Assembly (NCBI GenBank): GCA_964447175.1
Contig: CAYURP010000004.1
Coordinates: 58-64,057 of the forward strand
DNA: 64,000 nt
Direction: 5' to 3'
Source of the DNA: an uncultured Ignavibacteria bacterium
Lineage (GTDB): Bacteria > Zixibacteria > MSB-5A5 > SM23-73-2
The notes beneath the pieces are model-generated. The model made no database searches, was not told where the DNA came from, and saw only the letters and a program-made list of their open reading frames with translations. Numbering within the stretch: the first letter of the stretch is position 1; each line of letters starts with the position of its first letter. Position numbers and translations under genes: made by a program. Of the stretch, positions 19,876-33,264 are shown piece after piece.

Positions 19876-20396
19876 ATCAAATCCTCCAGATTTATCCTTT
19901 TGCTTTTAAGGATTAAATCTATTACCTCCCGCACCGCTCCCTGGCCTCCTTTGGCTTCTGTAACATATACTGCGTGTTTTTTGGTTAGGTGATTTGAATT
20001 TCTGACAGCAATGGGAACTCCCACTTTTTTCAAGACCGGAATGTCCAGAAGATCATCCCCCACAAAAGCGATCTCCTCGTCTTTGATTTTCAATTTGTTT
20101 CTGATTTTCTGGTAGGGGATAAGCTTTTCGTTTGCATCTAAAAAAGTTTCTTCTATTCTCAACTCTTTGGCTCTCAGTTGGGTGGCTTTGGATTTTCTGC
20201 CGGAGATTAAAGCTACCTTTAGTCCGGACTTCTTTGCCAGATAGATACCCATCCCGTCCGATACGTTGAATCTTTTAATTTCATCTCCATTCCCGCTCAG
20301 GTATAAGCTATTGTCCGTCAAGACGCCATCCACGTCCAGAATTAAAAGCTTAACCTTTTTGAATTTATTTTTTAATTTTGAATTTATCTTTTTCAA
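19872..20396 (-). CDS. kdsC: KDO-8-phosphate phosphatase (HAD family).
   Basis: 'LLILDVDGVLTDNSLY...GDDLLDIPVLKKVG' matches the KdsC family. Confidence 0.9.
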   Translation of the reverse strand: MKKINSKLKNKFKKVKLLILDVDGVLTDNSLYLSGNGDEIKRFNVSDGMGIYLAKKSGLKVALISGRKSKATQLRAKELRIEETFLDANEKLIPYQKIRNKLKIKDEEIAFVGDDLLDIPVLKKVGVPIAVRNSNHLTKKHAVYVTEAKGGQGAVREVIDLILKSKRINLEDLI

Positions 20397-21214
20397 CTCT
20401 TCAGAGCCTCCTCGATTTTTCTTAAATTTATTAGAAGCTCTTCCATCTTTTCCAGGGGCAGCATGGAATCTTTATCGCATAAAGCCTGACCTGGGTCAGG
20501 ATGGGTCTCCACAAACAACGCATCACAGCCGCAGGCAACTGCAGCCCGGGCCAAGGGGAGTATGAATTGGGGTTGACCTCCGGATGAGCTTCCGGCACCA
20601 CCGGGAAGCTGTAAGCTATGAGTAGCATCGAAAATCACCGGGTAACCCAGACCCCGCATTATAACCAGAGACCTCATATCCACAACTAAATTGTGATACC
20701 CAAAAGTGGTACCCCGCTCGGTTAAAAGAATCTTGTTATTACCAACTGATTCAGCCTTTTCAGCAATGGATTTCATATCTTCCGGGGCCAGGAACTGACC
20801 TTTTTTTATGTTCAGTGGCTTTTTGGTTTTGGCTGCTTCTATTACTAAATCCGTTTGCCGGCACAAAAAAGCTGGAATCTGTAAGACATCTACTACCTCT
20901 GACACCGGTTTGACTTCCTCCTTGGAATGTATGTCAGTTAATATTGGAATATCGAATTTTTTTTTTATTTTAACTAAAATTTTCAATCCCTTATCTAAAC
21001 CTGGACCAGTATAGGATTTTATATTTAACCTGTTTGCTTTAAGATAAGAGGATTTAAAAATGTAAGGGATTTTGTATTTCCGGGTGAGCTCTTTTACCTT
21101 TTCAGCAGTTTTGAAGGCGATTCCCTCGGATTCTAAAACACAGGGTCCTGCAATCAGAGCTAAAGGATTCCCTGGACCAACAATGCAATCATCAATTATT
21201 ACAGGACCTGCCAT
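20393..21214 (-). CDS. kdsA: 2-dehydro-3-deoxyphosphooctonate aldolase (KDO-8-P synthase).
   Basis: 'LALIAGPCVLESEGIAFKTAEKVKEL...IPYIFKSSYLKANR' matches KdsA. Confidence 0.9.
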   Translation of the reverse strand: MAGPVIIDDCIVGPGNPLALIAGPCVLESEGIAFKTAEKVKELTRKYKIPYIFKSSYLKANRLNIKSYTGPGLDKGLKILVKIKKKFDIPILTDIHSKEEVKPVSEVVDVLQIPAFLCRQTDLVIEAAKTKKPLNIKKGQFLAPEDMKSIAEKAESVGNNKILLTERGTTFGYHNLVVDMRSLVIMRGLGYPVIFDATHSLQLPGGAGSSSGGQPQFILPLARAAVACGCDALFVETHPDPGQALCDKDSMLPLEKMEELLINLRKIEEALKS

Positions 21215-21304
21215 CTGAGTCTTAATCCTTTTTATTCTATTAATTGAATTTGATTATGAGCCCTCAGAGTTTCTATTATACAAAATGGAAACAAGTTAAA
21301 GTTT

Positions 21305-23732
<2,428 letters not shown>

Positions 23733-23905
23733 AAACTGTCAACTCATACTACAAAACCTGAAATGAAATGTCAACTAAAAAAATATATTAACGGTAAAAT
23801 GAGGAACTTATTTGGATTTCTGTGATTTGGCTTGCTTTTCTAAAAAGAAATTCTTATTATTATTAGCAATTAATATAAATATATCCAATAAAAAGGAGTC
23901 CATTT

Positions 23906-24235
23906 ATGATAGTCTCGACAACGCCTTCTCTTGAGGGAAAAAAGATCGTCAAATACCTGGGATTAGTCAGCGGGGAGGCGATTTTAGGGGCAAATATTTT
24001 CAAGGACTTTTTTGCTGGAATCAGGGACATAGTAGGCGGCAGGTCAGCAGCTTACGAAGAAGAACTGCGAAAAGCCAAGACAATTGCCATAGAGGAGATG
24101 ACCCAAGAGGCAAAATCATTGGGTGCCAATGCGGTTTTGGGAGTTGACCTGGATTATGAGACCATTGGCATAAGCCGCGGCGGGAATATGTTAATGGTCA
24201 GCGCCAGCGGAACGGCAGTGGTATATGAGAATTAA
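23906..24235 (+). CDS. YbjQ/UPF0145 family protein.
   Basis: The 109-aa sequence matches the DUF74/YbjQ fold ([25 protein letters not shown]...[13 protein letters not shown]). Confidence 0.8.
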   Translation: MIVSTTPSLEGKKIVKYLGLVSGEAILGANIFKDFFAGIRDIVGGRSAAYEEELRKAKTIAIEEMTQEAKSLGANAVLGVDLDYETIGISRGGNMLMVSASGTAVVYEN

Positions 24236-24285
24236 ATAACCTCGGGATGAATTGCTGTATTAATTAAGTACAGTATAGATTGGTA

Positions 24286-24320
24286 GCCCCACCTTGCCCC
24301 CAAGGTGGGGCATTATTGTT
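24286..24320 (+). terminator. Hairpin terminator after ybjQ.
   Basis: The stem is GCCCCACCTT/AAGGTGGGGC (10 bp, perfect) with loop gccccc. The following U-tract (attattgtt) is weak. Confidence 0.45.
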
Positions 24321-24334
24321 ATATTGTAAATTAG

Positions 24335-24408
24335 TGAATGGGTAGGGCAAGGTCTCCTGACCTTGTCAACTTGGCTCTGGATCGGGAGACCCAGAACTGC
24401 CCATTTGC
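24335..24408. repeat. Family-2 bipartite palindromic repeat element (A half GGGTAGGGCAAGGTCTCCTGACCTTGTC, B half GGATCGGGAGACCCAGAACTGCCCATTTG), copy 1.
   Basis: It is near-identical to the copies at 24492-24579 and 50788-50870. Internal palindromes are AGGTC-TCCT-GACCT and GGGTC/GATC-GGGA-GACCC. Confidence 0.7.
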
Positions 24409-24418
24409 TTGTTCTATG

Positions 24419-24467
24419 TGTGTCAAGTCACACTCATGGCAAGCCATGACCAAGACCTGACACAACA
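24419..24467. repeat. Family-1 palindromic repeat (TGTGTCAAGTCACACTCATGG...CAAGACCTGACACAACA), copy 1.
   Basis: It has a 10-bp inverted repeat GTGTCARGTC/GACCTGACAC around a ~26-nt loop. Two more copies lie at 49888 and 51615. Confidence 0.7.
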
Positions 24468-24491
24468 TGGAATTATTTTCGTTGGAAATGA

Positions 24492-24579
24492 GTGAATGGG
24501 TAGGACAAGGTTTCCTGACCTTGTTCTCTTGGTTCTGGGTCGGGAGACCCAGAACTACCCATTTGTATTATAACAGGTT
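24492..24579. repeat. Family-2 bipartite palindromic repeat element, copy 2. It is in tandem with copy 1 and separated from it by the family-1 hairpin.
   Basis: 'GGGTAGGACAAGGTTTCCTGACCTTGTTC...GGGTCGGGAGACCCAGAACTACCCATTTGTATTATAACAGGTT'. The 3' extension 'TTGTATTAnAACAGGTT' is shared with the 50.8-kb copy. Confidence 0.7.
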
Positions 24580-24738
24580 GTCTGCCCGGTCAGGAGGACA
24601 ACTGTTGAATCCTTATATAAAAGAAGTGCAAAAACTTGTTTTTGCAATGGCAACAATAAATTGTTGCACTCCAATTTGTTCGGGCAGCGACGGAGCTCTA
24701 CCCCTACATTTTTTTGATATTTAATTACTTTTAAAAGA

Positions 24739-25398
24739 CTATCTCACTATGTCCCCGAGCCTGGCCCACCTTACGCTGGTGGGGGTGTGGATGAGATAAT
24801 AGAAAAACATATGGACTACGGGGATTATATAAGGAGATTCAAATCTGGGGGTATCGGGATCCTGTTGCCAGGACCAGTAAATGATAATGGGCTTTCCGAT
24901 AATATGTCTTTTTTCCAGAAATCCCCAGAACCGGGAGTCCCGGGATTCATCCCGGTTATCCCCTAAAACGAATATCTGGCCCTTGGGTACCTGGTAGGGT
25001 CCAAAATTGTCCCTGGTGGAATATTCTTCTGGAAAAACAAGAGGGTCGATGAAATTCTCCCAATTGCGATTTTGAACTTTCTGTCCATCCACATACAAGA
25101 CTTTGTTCACTATCTGTACCGTCCGGCCTTCGTTGGCAATACATCTTTTGATAAAAGTCTTTTCTGGGTTTAATGGATATTTAAAGACTATTATATCACC
25201 TGGTTTAGGATCACCAAAATCATAGGCTAATTTATTGACCAGTACGAAATCTCCGGAAAGCAGAGTTTTCTCCATCGATTTTGAGGGTATCTTGTAGGCA
25301 CTGACCACAAATGCCCTTAAAACGAATGCGATGAGCAGAGCCATAACTATTATCTGGATGTATTCCAGGACGTTTGATTTTATCTTTACACCTATCAT
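24739..25398 (-). CDS. lepB: Signal peptidase I.
   Basis: It has an N-terminal TM helix. The catalytic motifs 'SKSMEKTLLSGDFVLVNK' (Ser box) and 'GDNRDESRDSRFWGF' are present. Confidence 0.9.
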   Translation of the reverse strand: MIGVKIKSNVLEYIQIIVMALLIAFVLRAFVVSAYKIPSKSMEKTLLSGDFVLVNKLAYDFGDPKPGDIIVFKYPLNPEKTFIKRCIANEGRTVQIVNKVLYVDGQKVQNRNWENFIDPLVFPEEYSTRDNFGPYQVPKGQIFVLGDNRDESRDSRFWGFLEKRHIIGKPIIIYWSWQQDPDTPRFESPYIIPVVHMFFYYLIHTPTSVRWARLGDIVR

Positions 25399-25666
25399 TT
25401 TTCCTTTTTATTTTTTTTATCGGAATAAAAGCAAAAAAAATAATTAAAAAGAAGAATATGTAGATATATTCTTGAAGTTAAAATCTTTTTGGTAAATTTG
25501 GTAAATAATGTTTGAATGAGAAGACGCAGAAGATTCAGTTTTGTAAACCAAAATGAGCGCTGGATTAATAAGACATTAGCTCCTTAGTCCTCCTTGAGTT
25601 AATAATAAACAAAAATTTAATAAGAGTTATTTTTAATGTGATTTTTTTAAGTTTTATTCTTTAAAA

Positions 25667-26854
25667 TTACTCTTTTTCCTCTTCCTTTTCCTCATCGGGA
25701 TTTTGTTCTTCTTGATCTTTTTCCTCTGAGGATGTCTCCTCCTCTGTGGCCAATTTTTCCTCTTCCTCCTCCTCTTCTGTTTTTCTCTCCAGAAGGTTCT
25801 CCTCGTCTTTTTTCTGGCGGATGATTATATAGGTCAGGGTTTGGCCCGTGCTTATGGTAGCCAAACCATAGGAGACCACCCCGAAAATTATCAGGATAAA
25901 GGTTATTCCGATTAAGAAGGCTGCTATGCTCTCTGACCAGTTTAAGAATGCTCCGAATCCTAAATCAGGGAGGTGAAACTTGAAATCAATACCCGGGAAG
26001 ATGTTGGTTAAGAAATCGAAAAACCAGGAAGGAAGGGTTAAATAAGCCAGGGCTCCGTCTATGATGTCGGCGAGTTTATCCCCCATAAAAAATCCACAGG
26101 ACCAGTTCAGAAGCTGAAGTGATCTAAAGGTAAAGTATCCCAGGACAAAAGTTCCTAATTTAGCTAAAACTCCAGCTAAAGCGGTGTAAAGGAAAAACCT
26201 CCAGGGCTGGCTCCAGATTGAGGAGAAAAGCTGAACTATGGTTTCAAAGATATCCTCCTTGGTGGCAGCTACTACTGCCGGGGTTAAAAGCAAGGAGAAG
26301 ACAAAAACAAAGAGAGTGTAAATCACAAAAAACGCTACTAAAAAGATGGGAACACCATAAAAGATTCCCACAGCTAACTCACCCACATAGGGGATTTTGC
26401 CAAAAAGACCCACGATTATCCCCCCTATAACCAGGATAGCGGAGAAGACCACCAGAGAAAGGGGGGTTAAAAATACTGTTTTCCCGTGTTTTTTTAAGAA
26501 TTTTAAAGAATCTTTGGCGGAATAGAACTCATCCCCTTTAAGCTGCTCATAGGTCACCTTTCCCACAGCTGCGGAGGCCAAAAGCCAGGTGACTAAAAGA
26601 AAAAGACAGCCAATAATGAATATCAACCAGCTAAGCCAGTTGGTGAAGGTAAAACCCCATACCGGAAAAAGACCATAGCTTTCCCATATATCTGCAAGAC
26701 TCATCTTGCTGACTAAAAAAGCAACGTAGGTCAGGATCAGATACCCCACATATCCTATCATAAGTCCCAGACACTGGATCAGAATCTTTTTGCCGGATAA
26801 GGCTAACCTGGGTGCCCTGAAGATATCCCGGATATCAAAGTACAGCTTATACAT
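25667..26854 (-). CDS. Polytopic membrane protein of unknown function with an acidic (E/K-rich) C-terminal tail.
   Basis: It has about 8 predicted hydrophobic helices. The C-terminus reads 'EEEEEEEKLATEEETSSEEKDQEEQNPDEEKEEEKE'. No recognisable family. Confidence 0.5.
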   Translation of the reverse strand: MYKLYFDIRDIFRAPRLALSGKKILIQCLGLMIGYVGYLILTYVAFLVSKMSLADIWESYGLFPVWGFTFTNWLSWLIFIIGCLFLLVTWLLASAAVGKVTYEQLKGDEFYSAKDSLKFLKKHGKTVFLTPLSLVVFSAILVIGGIIVGLFGKIPYVGELAVGIFYGVPIFLVAFFVIYTLFVFVFSLLLTPAVVAATKEDIFETIVQLFSSIWSQPWRFFLYTALAGVLAKLGTFVLGYFTFRSLQLLNWSCGFFMGDKLADIIDGALAYLTLPSWFFDFLTNIFPGIDFKFHLPDLGFGAFLNWSESIAAFLIGITFILIIFGVVSYGLATISTGQTLTYIIIRQKKDEENLLERKTEEEEEEEKLATEEETSSEEKDQEEQNPDEEKEEEKE

Positions 26855-26937
26855 CTCTCCTCCTTTTTAGAACCATTAAGTTTGAAATTAATAATTTGGG
26901 TTTAACTTTGTCAAGGAAAAAAATTACCAAACTTCGT

Positions 26938-27962
<1,025 letters not shown>

Positions 27963-28078
27963 CTAAATTAGAATATCTAATCTTTTAAGAATATATAAGA
28001 TATAATTGGAATACACTTAAGCATAATTCAGATTCTGGTTTTAATTTAAATTTCAGAAATGATAGTTAAGAAATAATT

Positions 28079-29035
28079 ATGAAAGTTCTGATAACAGGAA
28101 TTGCTGGATTTGTGGGTTCTCATCTGGCGGAATTTTTGATTCAAAAGAAGCAAAAAATTTACGGAACCTGCCTGGCGTGTGAACCTCAAGATAATATTGC
28201 CCATATCAAAGAAAAAATAAAGATAACTGAATGTGACGTAACTGATTTCAATTCCCTTAGAAAACTGATAAACAGGATAAAACCTGATCGAATATATCAT
28301 CTGGCTGCTTTTTCCTCGGTGGGTGAATCTTTTACCAAACCCCTGGATGCAGTTGAGGTCAATGTCAGGGGCACTTTGTATCTGCTGGAGATCTTAAGGA
28401 AAATTAAAAAAAGGATTAGGCTTTTAGTTGTCAGTTCTTCGGATATCTACGGAAAGGTCAAAAAAAAGGATTTGCCAATAAAGGAGACTCATAACCTGAA
28501 TCCAATATCCCCTTATGGAGCAAGTAAAGCCTGTGCCGACCTTTTGGCTTATCAGTATTACCAATCTTACGGGACTTTGGTCATTAGAACCAGATCTTTT
28601 AATCACACCGGACCCAGGCAAAGACTGGGATTCGTTGTGCCCGATTTTGCTTCTCAGATAGCCAGAATCGATAAAGGGATTTCTAAACCGCTAATGAAAG
28701 TCGGTAATCTGAGTGCCAGAAGGGATGTATCCGATGTCCGGGATGTGGTAAGAGCTTACTATCTTCTAATGGAGAAAGGCAGACCGGGTGAGGCTTATAA
28801 TGTATGTTCAGATAAAGCTTACAAAATTGAAACTTTTCTTTCCACCCTTCTACGATTTTCATCAAAGCATATCAAAGTAAGGAAAAAGGGTAAAACCAGA
28901 CCAGCTGAAATACCGATTCTTTTAGGGGATAATTCCAAAATAGAAAAAGAAGTGGGCTGGAAACCACGTATATCTATTCATAAAACACTGAAGGATACTT
29001 TAGATTACTGGAGAGAAAGGTATAGCCGAGGATAA
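28079..29035 (+). CDS. NAD-dependent epimerase/dehydratase, GDP-4-dehydro-6-deoxy-D-mannose reductase (Rmd)-like.
   Basis: 'MKVLITGIAGFVGSHLAEFLI' is a Rossmann fold. 'YGASKACADLLAYQY' gives the YxxxK catalytic pair. It lies immediately after gmd, as in GDP-D-rhamnose loci. Confidence 0.6.
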   Translation: MKVLITGIAGFVGSHLAEFLIQKKQKIYGTCLACEPQDNIAHIKEKIKITECDVTDFNSLRKLINRIKPDRIYHLAAFSSVGESFTKPLDAVEVNVRGTLYLLEILRKIKKRIRLLVVSSSDIYGKVKKKDLPIKETHNLNPISPYGASKACADLLAYQYYQSYGTLVIRTRSFNHTGPRQRLGFVVPDFASQIARIDKGISKPLMKVGNLSARRDVSDVRDVVRAYYLLMEKGRPGEAYNVCSDKAYKIETFLSTLLRFSSKHIKVRKKGKTRPAEIPILLGDNSKIEKEVGWKPRISIHKTLKDTLDYWRERYSRG

Positions 29036-29056
29036 CATTTAGATAGGAGGTTCAAC

Positions 29057-30379
29057 TTGTCTTCGAGAAGTTTAGCATACAAAAACCTGGAAAAAAAGAT
29101 TAAAGACAAAACGGCAGTAGTAGGGGTGGTAGGTCTGGGATATGTAGGACTCCCTTTGGCTGCGGAGATGGGTAATTCGGGATTTCGTGTTTTAGGGCTG
29201 GAGATAAACAAAAGGAAGGTAAAGCTGGTTAACTCAGGAATATCAGACATTGACGATGTGAAAAATGAACAGGTCAAGAAATTAGTGATTAATAAAAAAT
29301 TGAAAGCTTCCACCAATTTTTCACTTCTGAAAAAGGCTGATTGCGTTTGTGTCTGTGTGCCTACCCCACTGAGCAAGACCAAGGATCCGGACGTTTCTTT
29401 TATACTCTCCGCATTCTCCCAGGTGAAAAAATACCTGCATCGGGGTCAGCTGGTGATCCTGGAGAGCACTACCTATCCCGGGACCACAGAGGAACTTATC
29501 CGTCCTATGCTGGAGGAGACAAAACTTAAAGTCGGGAAGGACTTCTTCTTAGCTTTCTCGCCGGAGAGGGTGGACCCAGGAAATGCAACATATGACATAA
29601 AAAATACTCCCCGGGTAGTAGGAGGAACCACTCCCCTTTGTACCAAAATTGCCAAGTTGTTTTATGAGCAGACCATAATTAAAGTAGTTCCGGTATCCTC
29701 AACCCAGTCAGCGGAGATGGTTAAGCTTCTGGAGAATACTTTTCGCAGCGTTAACATCGGTTTAGTTAATGAGGTGGCTTTGATGTGTGATCGTCTGAAA
29801 ATAAATGTATGGGAGATAATCGATGCTGCTGACTCCAAACCATTTGGATTTATGAAGTTTTATCCCGGTCCGGGTTTGGGTGGACATTGCATTCCCATCG
29901 ATCCCCATTATCTTTCCTGGAAATTGAAATCCCTTAACTATTATGCCCGATTCATAGAGTTAGCCGGAGATATAAACTCCCGAATGCCGGAGTATGTAAC
30001 CGAGAGGGTCAGTTTGGCTCTGAATCAAAGTGGAAAGAACCTCAAAGGTTCTGACATCCTGGTGCTGGGAGCAGCCTATAAAGGAAATATCTCCGATGTC
30101 CGGGAGTCGCCGGCTTTGGATGTGATGAGACTTCTGGAGGAAAGGGGTGCTGAAGTAACCTACAGCGATCCTTTTGTTCCCAGGGTGATAATGAACGGTT
30201 ACACCTTAAAATCAAAAAAGTTAACCTCAGGGATCCTGAGAAAAGCGGATTGTGTGGTCATCCTAACCGATCACAGTAACTATGATTATCCCTGGATAGT
30301 GAAAAACTCTAAGCTGATCTTCGATTCCAGAAACGCCACCCGGAGAATCAAAAACAAAAAGAAGATTGTGAAGCTATAA
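29057..30379 (+). CDS. Nucleotide-sugar dehydrogenase (UDP-glucose/GDP-mannose/UDP-ManNAc dehydrogenase family).
   Basis: 'VVGVVGLGYVGLPLAAEMGNSGFRVLGLE' is the N-terminal NAD-binding domain. The catalytic Cys region 'GPGLGGHCIPIDP' is present. Confidence 0.85.
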   Translation: MSSRSLAYKNLEKKIKDKTAVVGVVGLGYVGLPLAAEMGNSGFRVLGLEINKRKVKLVNSGISDIDDVKNEQVKKLVINKKLKASTNFSLLKKADCVCVCVPTPLSKTKDPDVSFILSAFSQVKKYLHRGQLVILESTTYPGTTEELIRPMLEETKLKVGKDFFLAFSPERVDPGNATYDIKNTPRVVGGTTPLCTKIAKLFYEQTIIKVVPVSSTQSAEMVKLLENTFRSVNIGLVNEVALMCDRLKINVWEIIDAADSKPFGFMKFYPGPGLGGHCIPIDPHYLSWKLKSLNYYARFIELAGDINSRMPEYVTERVSLALNQSGKNLKGSDILVLGAAYKGNISDVRESPALDVMRLLEERGAEVTYSDPFVPRVIMNGYTLKSKKLTSGILRKADCVVILTDHSNYDYPWIVKNSKLIFDSRNATRRIKNKKKIVKL

Positions 30380-30431
30380 ACGTGGTTTTATACCTCTGAG
30401 GGTTAATCTTGCCTGCGGAGGTTTTAGTTTA

Positions 30432-31961
30432 TTGAAAAAAAGAACAAATATACTGATAAAGGGAATTCTTTTTGTTTTTTTAGCTGCATGCAATCTCTCT
30501 TATGCTTCCTTATTGGAGAACATCCCTCTAAATAGCTGGGTTTACCCGGCTGTTGATGAGCTCTATATTCAAGGTATTTTCCCCCAACTGCATAAAAACA
30601 TTAAACCTTATGAGAGAGGGGAAATCGCTTCTTTTTTAATTCAGGTTGATGAGAAGATAAAAAATAGGGAACTAAGTCCCACCCCTCCTCAGGTCTGGTT
30701 ATTAGATAAGCTCAAGGAGGAGTTTTCCCTGGAGATGAAGATGTTGAGGGAAAAGAATGGGAAAAACGTTTTGAAATGTGGGCTTGATCCTTATTTTTAC
30801 CTTACTCAGAACAGAATTGATACTTCCTGGACCAGGGGTAAACTGGAACTGGATCTTGCTTTTCAATTTAAAGACAGGCTGCTTTTGAAAGACAAGATAC
30901 TCCTTGATTCCAAAGCGGAAAAGGATCCCAATCTCTATGGCAGGGAATGGAAAAAAGACTTAACCGGTATTTTTGATCAGGGTTATCTGAAACTCGATTT
31001 TAAATATCTTAGTCTTTTATTCGGAAGGGACTATTTGAGATGGGGACCGGGTCAGAACGACTTTTTGCTTGTCTCTGGTTTTGCCCCGCCATTTGATATG
31101 CTGAAACTGGGAGGGGAAATAGGTAAGTTCAAATTCTTATTTTTTGCAACTGTTTTAGATGGGATAACTATATCTGATACCCTGTATAAAAGGTATCTCT
31201 CAGGTCACAGGATCAATTTCAAGCCAGAGCCATATCTGGAGTTAGGAGTATCGGAGGTGGTGCTCTATGGAGGAGCTGATAGATCTTTGGAGCTTTACTA
31301 TCTGAATCCTGTTTTTTTATATTATGGGGAGCAGTTCAACCAGGGGATGGATGATAATCCTTTGTGGAGCTTTGATTTCAGCTTAACCCGGATCAGGAAT
31401 GTTGAACTTTATGGTGAGTTCATGATCGATGATTTTCAATATGATTTCAAAACAGAGCCTCACCAGATCGGATTCAGGCTGGGAGCCAATTGCTCTAATA
31501 TCTTTAAGATTCAGGGGAGTTTTTTAAATCTTGAATATGTCAGAGTCAACAACTGGGTCTACGGACAGGTCAAACCCTGGAACCTTTATACCTATCATAA
31601 TATCGGAATGGGAAGCTCTTTGGGTCCGGATGCGGATATGATTAGCCTTTCCTCTATTTATCATTTGAATTCCGACCTGCAAGTTGATTTCTCCTTTTCC
31701 CACCGAAGAAAAGGGGAAGGGAAAATCCAGGTTCAACCACCTAAAGTTCCTAGACACGAGAAGTTTCCCACAGGTGTGGTCGAGTATACCAAATCCGTTC
31801 AGTTTCTTTTGTTATTCCAGCCCGATGCTAATCTTCAAATTCAGGGCGGAGCAGGTTTCAATAAGGTGGATAACGCTTTTAACTATGAAAACGAAGATGA
31901 AGATAATTTTTATATAAAATTTGGAATAAACTATAATTACTGGGAGGAGTGGTGGTTTTAA
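30432..31961 (+). CDS. Putative outer-membrane beta-barrel protein, possibly Wzi-like (capsule assembly).
   Basis: It has a signal peptide and a TTG start. It is beta-strand-rich with alternating aromatic residues, and its C-terminus '...YNYWEEWWF' ends in aromatics typical of OM barrels. It is adjacent to sugar-nucleotide genes. The family assignment is tentative. Confidence 0.35.
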   Translation: MKKRTNILIKGILFVFLAACNLSYASLLENIPLNSWVYPAVDELYIQGIFPQLHKNIKPYERGEIASFLIQVDEKIKNRELSPTPPQVWLLDKLKEEFSLEMKMLREKNGKNVLKCGLDPYFYLTQNRIDTSWTRGKLELDLAFQFKDRLLLKDKILLDSKAEKDPNLYGREWKKDLTGIFDQGYLKLDFKYLSLLFGRDYLRWGPGQNDFLLVSGFAPPFDMLKLGGEIGKFKFLFFATVLDGITISDTLYKRYLSGHRINFKPEPYLELGVSEVVLYGGADRSLELYYLNPVFLYYGEQFNQGMDDNPLWSFDFSLTRIRNVELYGEFMIDDFQYDFKTEPHQIGFRLGANCSNIFKIQGSFLNLEYVRVNNWVYGQVKPWNLYTYHNIGMGSSLGPDADMISLSSIYHLNSDLQVDFSFSHRRKGEGKIQVQPPKVPRHEKFPTGVVEYTKSVQFLLLFQPDANLQIQGGAGFNKVDNAFNYENEDEDNFYIKFGINYNYWEEWWF

Positions 31962-31962
31962 T

Positions 31963-32802
31963 TTGATCCGGCTTAAATCATTTGCTAAAATAAATCTATG
32001 TCTCTATGTTTTAAGAAAAAGGAGGGATGGGTATCACCAGATCTACACGGTAATGCAGGCTGTGGATCTTTATGACAGGTTAAGTTTATACAAGATACCA
32101 AAAGGTATAATTATTCAGACCAACAACCCCCAGCTCCCCACAGACAGGAGAAATTTAGTTTATAAAGCTTCTGAGATTTTTTTTAATCAGACCGGAATTG
32201 ATCAGGGGGTGAGAATAAAAATTCAAAAAAGAATTCCACTATCCTCAGGTTTGGGCGGTGGCAGCAGCAATGCAGCTTTTACACTGATGGGATTGAATAA
32301 ACTTTTCAATACTAACTTATCCCAAAGGAAACTTGTGGAAATGGCAAAGCACATAGGTTCAGACGTTCCTTTCTTTTTATCCTCCGGGCAGGCCCTGGCT
32401 ACCGGAAGGGGAGAGAAAATCAGGGAGATTAGGCTGCCCCGGGACTACTGGATCGTTTTGATAAATCCGGGTATAAAAATTTCCACCTCCCGGGCTTATG
32501 AAAATTTTAAAATTCACTTGACAAGAAAGAGGAAATTAATTAAAATTTATAAAAGTAAAAAGAGCTTCCTTGATTATATAGCCGGATGGAAAAACGAACT
32601 GGAAAAGACTTCGGAAAAAAAGTATCCTCAGCTAAAAAAGCTCAGAGAAAAACTGACTCAAATTGGGGCAATTAAAACATCTATGTCAGGAAGTGGACCT
32701 ACAGTATATGGAATTTTTTTGGACAAACCCAGATACAAGGAGGTGAAGAGTCTGCGAAGTAAAGAGTGTCAAATTTGGGTGACACGACCAATCCCTTTAT
32801 AG
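31963..32802 (+). CDS. ispE: 4-diphosphocytidyl-2-C-methyl-D-erythritol kinase.
   Basis: 'KINLCLYVLRKRRDGYHQI...IPLSSGLGGGSSNAA' is the GHMP kinase motif. Confidence 0.9.
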   Translation: MIRLKSFAKINLCLYVLRKRRDGYHQIYTVMQAVDLYDRLSLYKIPKGIIIQTNNPQLPTDRRNLVYKASEIFFNQTGIDQGVRIKIQKRIPLSSGLGGGSSNAAFTLMGLNKLFNTNLSQRKLVEMAKHIGSDVPFFLSSGQALATGRGEKIREIRLPRDYWIVLINPGIKISTSRAYENFKIHLTRKRKLIKIYKSKKSFLDYIAGWKNELEKTSEKKYPQLKKLREKLTQIGAIKTSMSGSGPTVYGIFLDKPRYKEVKSLRSKECQIWVTRPIPL

Positions 32803-32865
32803 GTCCTTTAGTGTCATCAGGTAAATGTTACATAGCAAGCTATTCATGCAGAGGAGGAAAATAAA

Positions 32866-33135
32866 GTGGATATTACTGAGGTGAGGATCACCCTGCGGGA
32901 TGAGGATAGACTCAAGGCATTTGCTAATGTGACCTTCGATAACGCTTTTGTGGTGCGTGGTTTGAAAGTCATCAATGGCAACTCAGGTTATTTCGTTTCC
33001 ATGCCCTCAAGAAAAAGACCTGATGGGACGCACCAGGATATAGCCCATCCGGTCAACAACCAAATGCGTAAAGTTATTGAAGACAGAGTATTGGAGGCTT
33101 ATGAGAGCGAGTTGAAGTCAAGAGAGAACTTATAG
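32866..33135 (+). CDS. spoVG: Septation/regulatory protein SpoVG.
   Basis: 'MDITEVRITLRDEDRLKAFANVTFDNAFVVRGLKVINGNSGYFVSMPSRK' closely matches SpoVG. It has a GTG start. The ispE-spoVG linkage is conserved. Confidence 0.95.
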   Translation: MDITEVRITLRDEDRLKAFANVTFDNAFVVRGLKVINGNSGYFVSMPSRKRPDGTHQDIAHPVNNQMRKVIEDRVLEAYESELKSRENL

Positions 33136-33139
33136 ATAT

Positions 33140-33213
33140 TGGGGCGTCGTCAAGTGGCAAGACACAAGACTTTGGATCTTGGATCCCAGGTTCGAATCCT
33201 GGCGCCCCAGCCA
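33140..33213 (+). tRNA. tRNA-Gln (anticodon UUG).
   Basis: Manual fold: the acceptor stem is TGGGGCG/CGCCCCA. The anticodon stem is CAAGA/TCTTG with loop CTTTGGA, giving anticodon TTG. The T-arm is CCAGG-TTCGAAT-CCTGG. Discriminator G and CCA are encoded. It resembles E. coli tRNA-Gln (U1-A72, ...CCCCAGCCA). Confidence 0.85.
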
Positions 33214-33264
33214 AAATTTTTTAACGTGTTTCAGTTTTCTTAAAACCAGAAGGAGGAAGTGGGT

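Noticed and set aside
24467-24724. An 85-aa ORF spans the second Family-2 repeat.
   Set aside because: It is composed of repeat and palindrome sequence and has no RBS.
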